Both the position numbers and the translations under genes were made by a program. From positions 682,001 to 746,000 of the forward strand of contig MU008172.1 in assembly GCA_010909165.1 (NCBI GenBank): a DNA stretch of 64,000 nt, read 5' to 3'. Below the pieces are notes generated by a model that saw nothing but the letters and a program-made list of their open reading frames with translations, was not told the origin of the DNA and ran no database searches. Positions 45,941 through 58,074 of this stretch are shown in pieces (the first letter of the stretch is position 1; every line of letters starts with the position of its first letter). This DNA comes from Anthoceros angustus. Taxonomy: Eukaryota; Plantae; Anthocerotophyta.

Positions 45941-48900
45941 TTGGTGGATCCGAATTTTGTGCGCGAGGTTGAGGCACAGGCGCCGGCAATGGAAGAAATT
46001 GGTCACGAGCCAAACCAAGTAGAATTTGGAGTAGAAGATAGTGTTCGAAGCAAGGCTGAGAGAGCAATAATGGAAACCTCTCCAGAGCCCTTTTATGTTC
46101 TTCAGCGCAACCAGAGAGCCCAGCCGCAAGAGGGTGTGCTCACACATACCCGCATTTGATTGAAGGACAGCAGCCAGACGAAGACACTGTGCTGCCGGAA
46201 ATTCACAGGCTGCAGACATCGGGAGAGCCATAGAAGCAGAAGGGGGTCATGCTGTCACAAGCATGGACGCTGGGGTGCAATCCTCTGAGGATCTCAGTTC
46301 CTCACGACTAGGAGTTGAGCAGCTAGATTGTGGTTTGGTTGGAACTCTTGCAGGTCCAGGTCTAGGAGACGAGTTAGGATCAACAGTAGATGGCAATATA
46401 GAAGTTAAAGTTATCTCGGTGCTTGATAGGCTGCCTGGGATTGAATCATGTCAGAGCCTGAAGGAGGCGGCAACTCCTGAAGCAGACGCAACCTCTGAGA
46501 ATATTGTTAATTCTGGTCCGCAATCCGAAGGTTTCCAGGAAGCAGCGGACAGACAGCATGGAAAAGGAGAATTGGACGAGATCTGAAGGTCACAGGGACC
46601 TTAATGACAAAGATGACATAGCTGAGCTCGTTGTCGACGTTTCAGATCAAGATGAACAGGATGAAACGCCTATGTCCCAACGGCGGAAACATAAACGTTT
46701 AGAGGTTTTTGTGGGTGGGTTGGACAAAGATGCTACCGATGATGATCCTAAGCAGGTCTTTAGGCAGGTAGATATCAAGTTGCCTGCTGTCTTGATAACA
46801 GCACCAATATCGCAACAAGCATTGGTGCTGTCTTTGTATTCCTTCTTCATCTACGTGACCTGCGCTGTAGCATTCATTACGCTCCAGTCATCCACTGAAC
46901 ATTGTTCAATTTTGGGCTGGATGCAGGTGGGGGAAGTAACACAAGTTCGACTAATACGGGATGCACGCACTGGGAAGAACAAAGGGTATGCATTCATTCG
47001 GTATTCAACTGCTGCGTAGGTAAAACGAGCAGCTCAAGAACTTGTGAAGACTGAGGTTGTCGTCTTCCACACCGGGACCTGCTGCCCTGGGTCTTATGGA
47101 GGATGAGAAATTTCAGGCTGATTCCATGATGTCCCATCGACCTGCATGTATTCATTGATGGGCGGGCTCTGTGAAGGTTCGTAGCCAACCATGTGGTGTG
47201 CTTCTGAGTGAGGAGAATGGCACACTTTTTCTAGGAAATATCAACAAAACTTGGGCAACGGAAACGGTACAGAAAACCTGCAGAGTGAAGTTTGTTGTTT
47301 ACTTTTCTTTTTTCAACATATCGTATGCTCACATGGTGACTTGCATCACAGCTTCTTGAGCTAACTCTAATGGACGATCCTCAAGCTCAGAGTCTAAATC
47401 GTGGTATTGGTTTTGGAATTTGCAATCTCAAGGATGCTTTGCTTGCATTCAGACGTCTCCGGTTGCCTGATGTTGTGTTTGGCACGGACCGCTCAGCGAA
47501 AGTCGCCTGGGCGCAGCCCTTGATTGAGCCTGATGAAGATGTTATGTTGCAGGTACAGTAGCTCATGAAGAGTTGTGGGGACATTAGCTCCTGGAATCAC
47601 TTTAATCACACAGGGTTCGTGTGAGAGAAAATGGCCCACTAGTGTGTGTTTTTCTCCCCAGGTTAAATCTGTGTTTGTGGACGGCATGCCACCTGGCTGG
47701 GATGAAGGTCATGTCAAGGAGCACTTTGAGAAGTTTGGTGGCATAGAGCGCGTTGTACTGGCCCGCAACTTGTCCTCAGCAAACTTTGGATTCGTCAACT
47801 ATGTGGCCCGTGAAGCAGCGTTAGCATGCATTCACAACTCTGAGGTTGTTGAAGATGATGTCAAGGTATGGTTGGGAGGACTTTGCTTTTCGAATTCACC
47901 GATGCATTTTTGTGTTTGCCAATATCTGAACATATAGCTGGTGGACCCAGATGCGTATGAAGGTCATTCTTGCTAAGCCACAGGTGAAGAGCAAGCCAGT
48001 GAAAGGTGGCCTCCGTGGTGGGTATCCTCTTAGGCGAGGGGGTGGTCAGTCAGGAGTTCGATCTGGGCGAGGGTCTGAAGGTTCATAAACTACTGCAACA
48101 GCTATTTTTCTTTGGTGCAACAGTTCATTGCAAGTGCAGATCTGACTCGTATGAATGCGTCAACAGGATGGATTCGCGGAGCTGGAAGACATGAATCTGG
48201 AAGGTCTGTGGGCCGCAGTGGGAGTTGTGGGGGGGGGGCGTCGGGAACCACCTGGTGGTAAGGGAAGTGCTGAGGATGGCTCAAGTATATATCAGCTCTT
48301 ATAAATCCTTAGGAAGGAGCCTGTGCAACCAAAAAAGATGGCTGCTGGAGACACAGCTGCTGAGGCTTCGCCTTCTCTGCTTCCAAGTGATCATAGGAGT
48401 GTCATTGATGCCACGGATACAGCTGTCAGCATGGGTTTGGAGGGTCAGAACGGATCTACTAAATGCAGTGAAGGATTCCAAAAGTCCTCAAGGAACCTTT
48501 TTGAATGAGCGATGTGTGCTTTTGGATCAGATATCGAAGCTGATTATTGTCAGCATTTGAAGGGTCGTGTTCATCAGGTTTTAGGCGGACTTAGAAGGGC
48601 TGAGAAGCTGAACAACAAGACACCATTGAGTCTTTTGCACGAGTATGCTTCTCGAAATCACTGTGACGTCCGTTATGACACCAAAGCTGGCAACACTGCT
48701 GGCCCTTTTGAGGTTGACACCACCGTTGGGGGAGGCAGCTCAGGCGTGCTATTAACCAAAGGGTTTGGCAAGGGTAGAAACAAAGCTAAAGCTAAACTAA
48801 TGGCTGCTGCCAGTGCCTTGGAAAAAATCTTGGAACGTGTTCCTGAAGCAGAACTGACTAGACCAGGCCATGCCAGACAAGGTACAATGAAAAGCATTCT

Positions 48901-50160
48901 GGTTCTGTGAGTATATCTCGAACATTTGGAGTGGGGAAAGGAGTAGCTTCTGTGGGGAGAACTATGGGTGGCTTCTATCGTCGTAGTTTACTTCGTTGTG
49001 AGATTCGGGGCAGGCCCTCTGTGGTGCCTGATTCTATGTCTGCAGCTGGGCCTAGCTGGAGTGTTCACGCAGCTGATGTAGATGGTCTTAATGTGGGACC
49101 CAAGGCTGGAATTGTAGGAGTGGCCCATCTAGGTCTGCATGGAGTATATGCTAACAGCTATGGTGCCGGAAGTCATATTGACGGGGTTGCTGGTGGAAGG
49201 GGCAATGTTAATGGTAATGGGACTTTGGGTCATGCAGAAACATATGCTGAAAGGTTAGAGAGGGTGCAAGGTCGAGGTTTTGCAGCTGCAGGGTTACATA
49301 GTGTCCCACCTGCTTCACCATGTTTGCCTGCCCAGTGCAACTATGGTGAAAATTTAGCGGCTGGAGTAAAACGGTCTTATTCGGCTTTGGTACTACCTTC
49401 TCTGCAGGAGAATCTTTCTGAAATGTTGAGGAGTGATCCCTCTCTGCTGCAGGACTTTTTCGTGAGACGTTCATCATCGTCTATGCTAAAATCTATTTTT
49501 TGTATGATTTTCAGGAAGATGGTACTGGGTACTTCGAGGGGCCCAATAGACAACATGTGCGAGCATGCATTGAGGCTTCTGCTTCTGCTTCAGTTGGATT
49601 GGGGATTGCGCCTTTCGCTGGCTATAATGGACCTATGACACACTGTGCTGCATACCCACGTCATGCAGTGCTTCCTGGACCTGTCCCGATGCCTGTCACC
49701 ATGGGTGGTGGACCTGTGCTGCATGTGCTGCCACATTCCATGTACGAAGTACCTCGTCCTCCTGTGGCGCTGGTGGGAAGTAAGTGTCCTTGGTAGATGT
49801 CAGCCAAATTGTTGATGTTGCAAGGTGGTTAATTGGTTTCTGGGGGTTTTGAAGTATTGACAATCACTGGTGGTTGTAGTCAATGGTGGTGCAGGTTCTC
49901 TTTATCCTTCTAATATGCATGGTCATAGTATGTTCCATGGAGGCACCACTGAGTACTGTGGAGCTACTGCAGATGTGAAGTGTTGCCTTTGCTTTCAGTA
50001 CAACTTGTTCTAATATGTGGAAGATGGTGCTGAGGCATAATTGGCAGTTTTTCATAGTTTAAGATATTGCATGGACTGATTCTTCAGTTTTTTCGTTTTT
50101 TTTTTTGTTTTCTTCTCTGCTTCCTTCTTGTAGATCGCCGGAGGTCCAACTTGTCCACAT
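45941..50160 (+). pseudogene. Disrupted hnRNP Q/R-like gene: acidic N-terminus + 3 RRM + Gly/Arg-rich linker + dsRBD; boundaries approximate
   Basis: RRM1 EVFVGGLDKDA...KNKGYAFIRYS; RRM2 TLFLGNINKTW...SAKVAWAQP; RRM3 VKSVFVDGMPPGWDE...FGFVNY; dsRBD KTPLSLLHEYA...GKGRNKAKAKLMAAASALEKI. In-frame TAG 47017-47019 and TGA 48506-48508, plus frameshifts near 46160, 46560 and 48880. Confidence 0.78.
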
Positions 50161-52779
50161 GAGTTTAGAGCTGTTTCACAAGGACCTGCGATGGGTGGTG
50201 GCTACGCTGTACTGAGAGGTTCTCAAGGGCCGTTCTACCGAGAAGCACTAAGTATGTTACCTTGGCCGCTTTCTGCTTGGTCTCCGCCCTAGACTTTTGT
50301 GCATTGCTCTAAAAAATGAGAAATCAGGTTTGGTTTGTTCCGAGATGATTCACCCTGGTAACTTCGCTTGAGTTTGTCTGCTCTCACTTATGTCTGTATC
50401 GTGGTACAGATTGATTTTTGTAGGGATCGTTTTGTCCAGTTTGTGCTGCCCAAACGTTCCCCGAACCAAGCAGCAGAGGTGCCATTATCTAGGGGCTTAT
50501 GTACTTAGCATGTCCTTTGGATGATGTCAAAAGACACCTCAGGGAAACTTGTTGAGGAAGTTGAAGGCTGCCGGCAAAGATGGGCTTGTTTGGCTGAGTC
50601 AAAAATAAGATGATCGAGACAAAGTCTGCTCTTGTGGCTGTACTTTGGGTTGCCTAATCGATGAGAGAAAAATTAAGGTTTATTGTTCAACTCTTGGGTT
50701 TTTGGGGGCAGATTTCACTTACCTGTTGAAGGTTACGAACAGATGAAACGTTTGTTGTGGGTAGGATCCAACAGTCTGTAGTGATTTGGGTCTGGTCATG
50801 TCCTATTGTTGCTCGAGTTCAGTTCTTTTCCAGTCTCCGTGAACATCACCATAGGCTGCTTCATGGTCTGCCTTCAATTTGTCTTTCAATGTAGGCGTAG
50901 CGTTGTTAATATTGGATTCTGGGAATTATTTCGTGGACGTAGGGCAAAGACTTTCTCCCAAGCTCATGGCCTGGTAAAGCTGTGTTCATGCAATGTACAT
51001 TTGTGGGGCCACTTTGGAATGCTGTCCAATTTCACTTACTTGACTCAATCGGTAGTCTTGGGAATGCTGATAGAGGGTTTTATCGACATGGGACTTGGAT
51101 GAAGACTGGAACTGGGCCAGGAGCGTCCAAGTCTGCCAGCATTTCTTGTTCTACGAAGGAAATTGATGCGATTCCATCTTGTCATGTGAATGAGTCGCAA
51201 GGTTTTAATTTTGACGAGTTACGAGTAAGATGCCTCTTATGTATGGTGGCAACCAGGGAACGCCAGATTGGTGACCTGAGAAGTGTTGGCTTGCACTTGT
51301 CCATTCTTGAGAATCAGAAGTCTGAATCCTGCAGCTTGAGGTGGATGATTTTTCTTGGTGTTCATTCATGGATCTTGGTGTATGTGCCTTACCCTCTGGT
51401 ATCCTTGCAGCTCCAAAGTCCGTTCAGCGTCATCCAGAGCCCTCTATATGGTTTTGCAGGCTGGCGGGGGACAACTTGGACTTGGCAAGCCTGTTGGTTG
51501 TAAGAGTTGAAGCAGCATTGGGTCCAACACTACGGGAGCAGACTTTGCGGAGCGTAGAATTTTGTGCACAACTTAATTATGGCATGCAGGAAGGGCTGCA
51601 TTTGAAGTGAAATGCTTGTGAGGCACGTGCATCGGTGAGGGAAGGCATGCAATTGTACTCGGCTTGTCACGCCGTGTGTGTTTTCGACTCACAGTTTGCG
51701 GTTCACTGTAGATCAATAGTGACCACGTATGCTCCTAACTCAGAAGTCACCAATTGCGAATCAGTGGATGCCAGTTAGGAGGTCAGTGTAAGTGAGAGGT
51801 AAGTAAGTGCCTTGATGTGACACCGCATGGAAGATGCTGTTTTGCGGTCTGCAACTTCCCGTGCTGGACTATGTTGGACACGTTCTCACCTCCTGTTGAG
51901 GTGCACCCCCTTCGTGTTCCGTCCAGGAAGGAAAATGAGTCGATGAGGCACATGAGCAGGGGAGGGAGGCGACTCATTTCTCAGGGCCCACACAGTAGAA
52001 GTGTTGTCTCATTGTGTGGTGGATTCCATTGCTGTGGCTGCCTGCTGACGCTGCCGTATCCAGCCACCCGCCTTCACACATCTAGTGGAAGTTTATATCA
52101 TTCGAGGGAGCGTCACGCCCCAATGGTGACGTCGATCCTGATTTCTAAGGCAGTGCTCACAGCACGTCCAGATTGTACCTTGCAATTGTCCAAGAAAACT
52201 GTGTAGTTACGGAAAACAGGAGGGAATTTGGCAATGACGGTGGTTGGATATCGGTGGACGGCGTGGAGGCCGGTGGCCCACAACTCCTGTGAATGTGGAC
52301 ACTGTCAGCAACACCGACTGGCAATGCGGGTGCAGGATTCGAGCAGGCAGGCGGCCAATGGCGGAGGGTGGAAAAATCGGCATCAGCCAATGGCAAGGCG
52401 CGCGGCTGCCGGGGCCGTTCTCGCGGCCTAATTGGCTACACGGAGGAAATGTCGAGTATGTTTCGCCGCCTCGCACGTGGTCTTCAGCTGACTTCTAAAC
52501 AGGGGTGCAAGACCCCGTGGGTGGGCGGCGAAACCCCGACTCGGGCGAAACCTCAACCGCTGCCGCTCCGGACTACAAGATCGTAGCGCCCGCGGCCACT
52601 CTTTCCGCTCGCTCCCCCTCGGTCCCGTCTCGCCTCTGCGGATTCGGGTGCTGCATTGCCGGGCGCCGGGGCTCGGGAGGGCGGAGCCGGGTGGAGAGGC
52701 AGCGAGACGTGTCTTGCTCCGTATCCTTCTCGCAGATTTGCCCTAGCTACGGCCGGGAGCTCGCGAGCTGAGCTTGGCT

Positions 52780-54141
52780 ATGGCGTCCAGTCTCTTGGCC
52801 AAGAGCGGGCTGGCGGTGACCGCCAGGCCCAGCGCGGGAGCCAGGGCTTCGCGCCTCGGCCGGTGCAAAGCCCACGGCGGCGGGAGTAGCGGGAGGGTGT
52901 CAGGACTGGCGATGGCGAAGCCGGCGCTGGCTCTGGTTGCGGGAGTGGACGGTGCTGCGCTGGGACTGCCGGGTCTGGGGATGCGCGGGCCGCAGCAGAG
53001 GGGGAGGAGGAAGGGCGTGGTGGCCATGGTGGCGGTTCCCGTCCGGCCTAGCTTCACGCCCGACAGTTCCACGGACGGGGAGCTGGAGTTCGATGCGGCG
53101 GCGCCTCCCCTTTCACCCTGGCGGACATCCGGGCTGCTATCCCCAAGCACTGCTGGGAGAAGAATACCTTGAGGTCCTTGAGCTATGTTGCGAGGGACGT
53201 GGCGGTGGTGCTGGGCCTGGCTGCGGGCGCAGCGTATCTCAACAGCTGGTTTGTGTGGCCTCTGTACTGGTTCGCGCAGGGCACCATGTTCTGGGCCTTG
53301 TTCGTGCTGGGGCACGACTGCGGGCACGGGAGCTTCTCCAATAACAAGACGCTCAATAGCGTCATCGGGCACCTCACGCACTCGTCCATTCTTGTGCCGT
53401 TTCACGGGTGGAGGATCAGCCACCGCACGCACCACCAGAACCACGGGCATGTGGAGAAAGACGAATCCTGGCACCCCATGTCGGAAAGCACGTACAGGGA
53501 GTTGGACAGCGTTACCCGGGTCGGCAGGCTCTCCTTGCCCTGGGCCATGTTCGCCTACCCGTTCTACCTCTTCTCCAGGAGCCCGGGCAAGACAGGTTCC
53601 CATTTCGACCCGGCCAGCGACCTGTTCGTCCCCGCGGAGCGACCAGGTGCTCACCTCCACCGCCTGCTGGGCTGCCATGGCCGCTCTCCTGGCGGGCCTG
53701 ACCGTGGGCCTGGGCCCCTATCTGGATGCTCAAGCTCACGTTGTGCCCTACTGGGCCAATGTGGTGTGGCTGGATGTGGTCACCTACCTCCACCACCACG
53801 GGTATGAGCACAAGGTCCCTTGGTACAGAGGCGAGGAGTGGAACTACATGCGTGGAGGGCTCTCCACCATCGACAGGGACTACGGCTGGATCAACAACAT
53901 CCACCACGACATTGGCACTCACGTCGTCCATCATCTCTTTCCCCAGATTCCTCACTATCACTTGGTGGAGGCAACGGAGGCTGTGAAGCCTGTGCTGGGG
54001 CAAATATTACAGGAGCCCAAGAAGTCTTCGTGGTTTCCTCTTCATCTGCTCAACCCCCTGGTCAAGAGCATGAAGGAAGACCACTATGTTCCCGACTCTG
54101 GAAACGTCGTCTTCTACCAAAACGACTCCAAGCAGCAGTAG
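52780..54141 (+). CDS. FAD7: Plastid-type omega-3 fatty acid desaturase (FAD7/8-like), intronless; frameshifted as assembled (probable consensus errors, or a young pseudogene)
   Basis: Transit peptide, then three His boxes HDCGH, HRTHH, HVVHH, plus [34 protein letters not shown]. The reading frame changes near 53110 and 53640. Confidence 0.88.
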
Positions 54142-54961
54142 CAGTAGCAGTAGGAACTTGTCAGGGATTGTTGCCATTGCCTGCGCATTGTATTCTAGCA
54201 GGAGCTAACTTTTTGCTAACTTCAACATTGAATGGCACTATGTAGGTTGGGATTTGGAGGGACAGAAAATTATTCCTCGTCCAACAACATTCTTTGCTAG
54301 TTCGATCCATTCTTTCGTGTAAGACTCCAGACGGTTGTCTGGCTTCCATGCTGTGAACGTTCAATTTTGCTTCCATTGCCATGACGGCTCTTGTAGTTTA
54401 GCGAGTGTGCCTTCCTACCTTTGGAAGGCCATATGAATCCGATGAGCGCATGCTGCCTCCCCTCCTTGGACTTGTATTATTAGTACGTAAAAGAAAACAT
54501 ATACAGTCCGCACTCCCTTGTAGAGGAGGTACAATGCCTCACCTGCCGATGGACTGACTACAGAGATAGCTGCCAAGGTGAAGCAGAACGGTGACCAGAC
54601 GTTCTTGACTCTCATCTCTAGTGTTTACCCTCTCTGCGACACAACAGGTGGCGTAGCACAGGCCACGTACAAAAAAGAGTATATCCTCTCTCACCGAATT
54701 ATCGATTTGGAAGCTCACAATCTTACTTCGCGACATCCGATTAGGGCACGAATTGTATCCTGCAGCATGTTCGCGCGGTGGTCCACGGTTGGTGGGTCTT
54801 GTCACGAGGATTACATTGTAGCCTCTTGCTCTGAGCTTGGAGAAATGGATATGGAAAGCTTCAGCGATCAGACCTGCAGCAGCTGGGCTGTACTTGTGCC
54901 CGTTCCCATCTCGTCATGACTGTAGCTGGCAGCGGCTATTGAGCCACCTTGAGCAGCTGGC

Positions 54962-57803
54962 ATGGCGGAAGTGCAATGCATTTGTCCTGCTGTCCAGCGT
55001 CAGCTCCCCATGGCCTCCTTTGCCCCTGCAAAATCGCGTCTGCTGCGTGGCTCGCTTACCAGGGGGGAATGCGATTCGTTGCGTGCCAATTCGAGTAAGA
55101 GGAGGATTGGGTGGCCAGCTGCCAGGGGCGGGAGGTTGGGGACTGTCCTGGCAGTCCTAGCAGAGCCACCCACTGGCTCTGTGGTGGAGGAGAATTCGAA
55201 TTCTGGGGATTCCGGTTTCTCACGGCCCACCAGAGGAGCAGTCCAGGACTCTACTTCCAATGCCTCCGTCTCGATGCCTCCCGGTCTCAACAGGAACTAC
55301 GAAGTTAGTGCGGAGGAGGCGTTGGCAGAGGCAAAAGCTGCGCAAAGAGCAATCAATGCCTTTGTCTACAGTTCCTCTCGGCTATCCGAAGAGTATGGCA
55401 GGCAACCATTCAAGGTCTTCTGGCTCGCAATCAGTTGTTTCTCCTCCCTGGATCTGGATTTCGAGCAGACCAGGGCAGCCACAATGGTGTCGGGTGTTCC
55501 GGTACGGAACAAAGACCCTCTCTAACTCCTACAATGTTGTTGCTCCACTGCAGGTTGCTCAGCGGGCTTTGACTATTTTGTCCTCCCTTGGCTCCTTCGC
55601 TCTCACGCTTTTCATCGACCAGCGAAGAGGGCAGGCTGAGCAGAATATGAGGCAGCGTGCTATCCAGCTCAGGATTAAGTTCACTGAGCTAGGGCCAACG
55701 TTCGTGAAGCTGGGGCAGGCTCTTTCCACCAGGCCTGATCTATGTCCGGTGGAATTCTTGGAAGAGCTTGCGGAACTGCAGGTATTCTTGCGCCATGTAG
55801 TACTGCACCTCCATTTCTCTATGAGGCTGGTATCAATGTACCTGTTGCTCACCTTTCCCCTTCTTTCAGGATGCTCTGCCCACATTTCCTACCAGAGACG
55901 CGTTTGCTTGTATAGAGAAGGAGCTGGGTGTGCCCATTGAGTCCATATTCTCGGCCATAACTGCAGAACCAATCGCAGCGGCAAGTCTGGGCCAGGTGTA
56001 CAAGGCACGTTTGAAGTCCACAGGGGCGGAGGTGGCGGTCAAGGTCCAACGCCCGGGCATCGAAGCTGCCATCGGATTGGACTTCTACCTGCTAAGGGGA
56101 CTGTGCCAACTCATTGATGAATACGTTGATATCATCACAACCAACGTCGTTGGTCTCCTGGACGAGTTTGCCTCCAGGGTTTACCAGGAGCTGAACTATG
56201 TGCAGGTTTGTGTCTCCAACGTTCCCCCACCCTCCATTCCAACACCACTACTATCGTGCTCAGAATACCCTTTCTTGCATCTCTCATTTAAGGACTTGTC
56301 TGTTGTGTGTGGGCAGGAGGCGCGCAATGCCAGACGATTTAAACAGCTTTATGGGGACAGGTCCGATGTGTTAGTCCCTGGAGTGTTTTGGGATTACACT
56401 AGTCACAAAGTTCTGACAATGGATTGGGTGGAGGGAGTGAAGCTGAGTGAGCAAGATGTAATAGCAGAGCGTGGTCTCAATATTTTGCAGCTTGTGGACG
56501 TGGGCATCCAGTGCAGCCTGAGACAACTTCTCGAGCATGGTTATTTCCATGCAGATCCGCATCCAGGGAACCTCCTCGCAACTCCGGACGGGAAGCTTGC
56601 CTTCCTGGACTTTGGAATGATGAGCGAAACTCCAGAACGAGCTCGGTATGCCATCATTGGCCACGTTGTGCATTTGGTAAACCGGGATTATGATGCAATG
56701 GCACGGGACTACTACGCCCTGGACTTTCTCTCGCCCGAGGTGGATGTCTCTCCCATTGTTCCAGCACTGAGGAACTTCTTCGATGATGTCCTGACTGCGA
56801 CAGTCAGTGACCTCAACTTCAAGACTATTGTGGATGGGCTGGGAGGAGTCCTTTACCAGTATCCCTTCAATGGTAAACGTAGTGCAAGATATCTGATTGC
56901 TGCCGTGCCCTGCTCAGGTGTGGCAGTGTTCTGAGGCCATCCCTTTGTTTTCCTTTTGCAGTGCCCGCCTACTATGCTCTGATCCTGCGATCGCTAACTG
57001 TACTTGAGGGATTGGCCTTGTACACGGATCCCAACTTCAAGGTTCTTGCTGCATCTTACCCTTACTTTGCCAAGCGCCTTCTAACAGATCCTAACCCTTA
57101 CCTTCGCGATGCTCTCGTGGAGCTGCTATTCAAGGACGGAACCTTCCGGTAAGGAAAAGTCATGCAGCTTTTTGTCTCTTGGTTGCTGCTTGGCGGAATG
57201 CCAACACATAGACTTCGTGATGCAGGTGGAACAGATTAGAAAACTTGCTGGCACAAGGCAGGAAAGACTCAGACTACAACGCAAAGGATGCGTTGCAACC
57301 TGTTCTGCAACTCCTCCTTGGTCCAGGGGCAGAAGAGCTCAGAAGCCTAGTCGAGAAAGAGGCTGTGCGCGTCATGGAAGCGTTGATAGTTGGGACTGCC
57401 ATTGAGAGTTACAGGGCTGTACCAGAAACGTTGCGCGCTTTTATACCTGGAGCAAATAGCAACGGCTTCATTCGCATGAAGGAAAACGAGCAGGCGGCAG
57501 TGCTGGCTCTGCGGGAGCAGGTCTTGAGAGTCTGGGGTCTCCTTCGAACTTCAAATGGCTTTGAGCTCAGAATGCTTCAACCGATCGTTGAGGTGCGTAG
57601 AGTGACCTCGTTTCCTTGGCCGCTAGTACCTAGACGTGTAAATAATCAGAGAGTGTTTCCTTCCGTTTGGTTTCGTGTTACAGGTTCTCTCGCAACCGGA
57701 GGCACAGGCTATGAGCGGGCGTGTTGCTGGAGGTATCACCCGTCGTCTGGCTGCTCGCACTTTGCAGCAAGTCCTCTCGTCACCTTCACCATCTCCAGCG
57801 TGA
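54962..57803 (+). CDS. ABC1K3: Plastid ABC1/UbiB atypical kinase, ABC1K3-like, multi-exon
   Basis: ELGPTFVKLGQALSTRPD, PIAAASLGQVYKA, VAVKVQRP, VYQELNYVQEA, VLTMDWVEG, GYFHADPHPGNLL, FLDFGMM, PAYYALILRSLTVLEGLAL. Confidence 0.9.
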
Positions 57804-58074
57804 CATGCTCGACAGTTTACAACATTTTGTACACCATATTGTACCATAATTCGATGCCAATCGTAAATCTGGTTGGATATTTGAAAACTGGTGATTGAAT
57901 CTACGTAGGTAGTATACAAGTTCAAAATTGCTGGGCCACTGGCTGTACATCACTGGAATCCCCGACCGCAATACCTTGCTTCATCGCAGGGTCTGGCAGT
58001 CTTTGCCTCCATACAGCCCGGGACCCGTCACGTTGTCCAAAGAAGCCGGCATGCTCTCTGTGGCTTCTACAGGA

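Noticed and set aside
48907-49638. 243-aa ORF as an independent gene
   Set aside because: It opens just after the dsRBD (shift near 48862-48900) and splices in phase via a 53-nt intron (49462-49514) to the next exon, so it is best read as part of the disrupted RRM-dsRBD gene.
50800-52200. Several 90-170 aa ORFs between the RRM pseudogene and the desaturase
   Set aside because: No recognisable domains or consistent exon structure; cannot be supported as a gene without RNA data.
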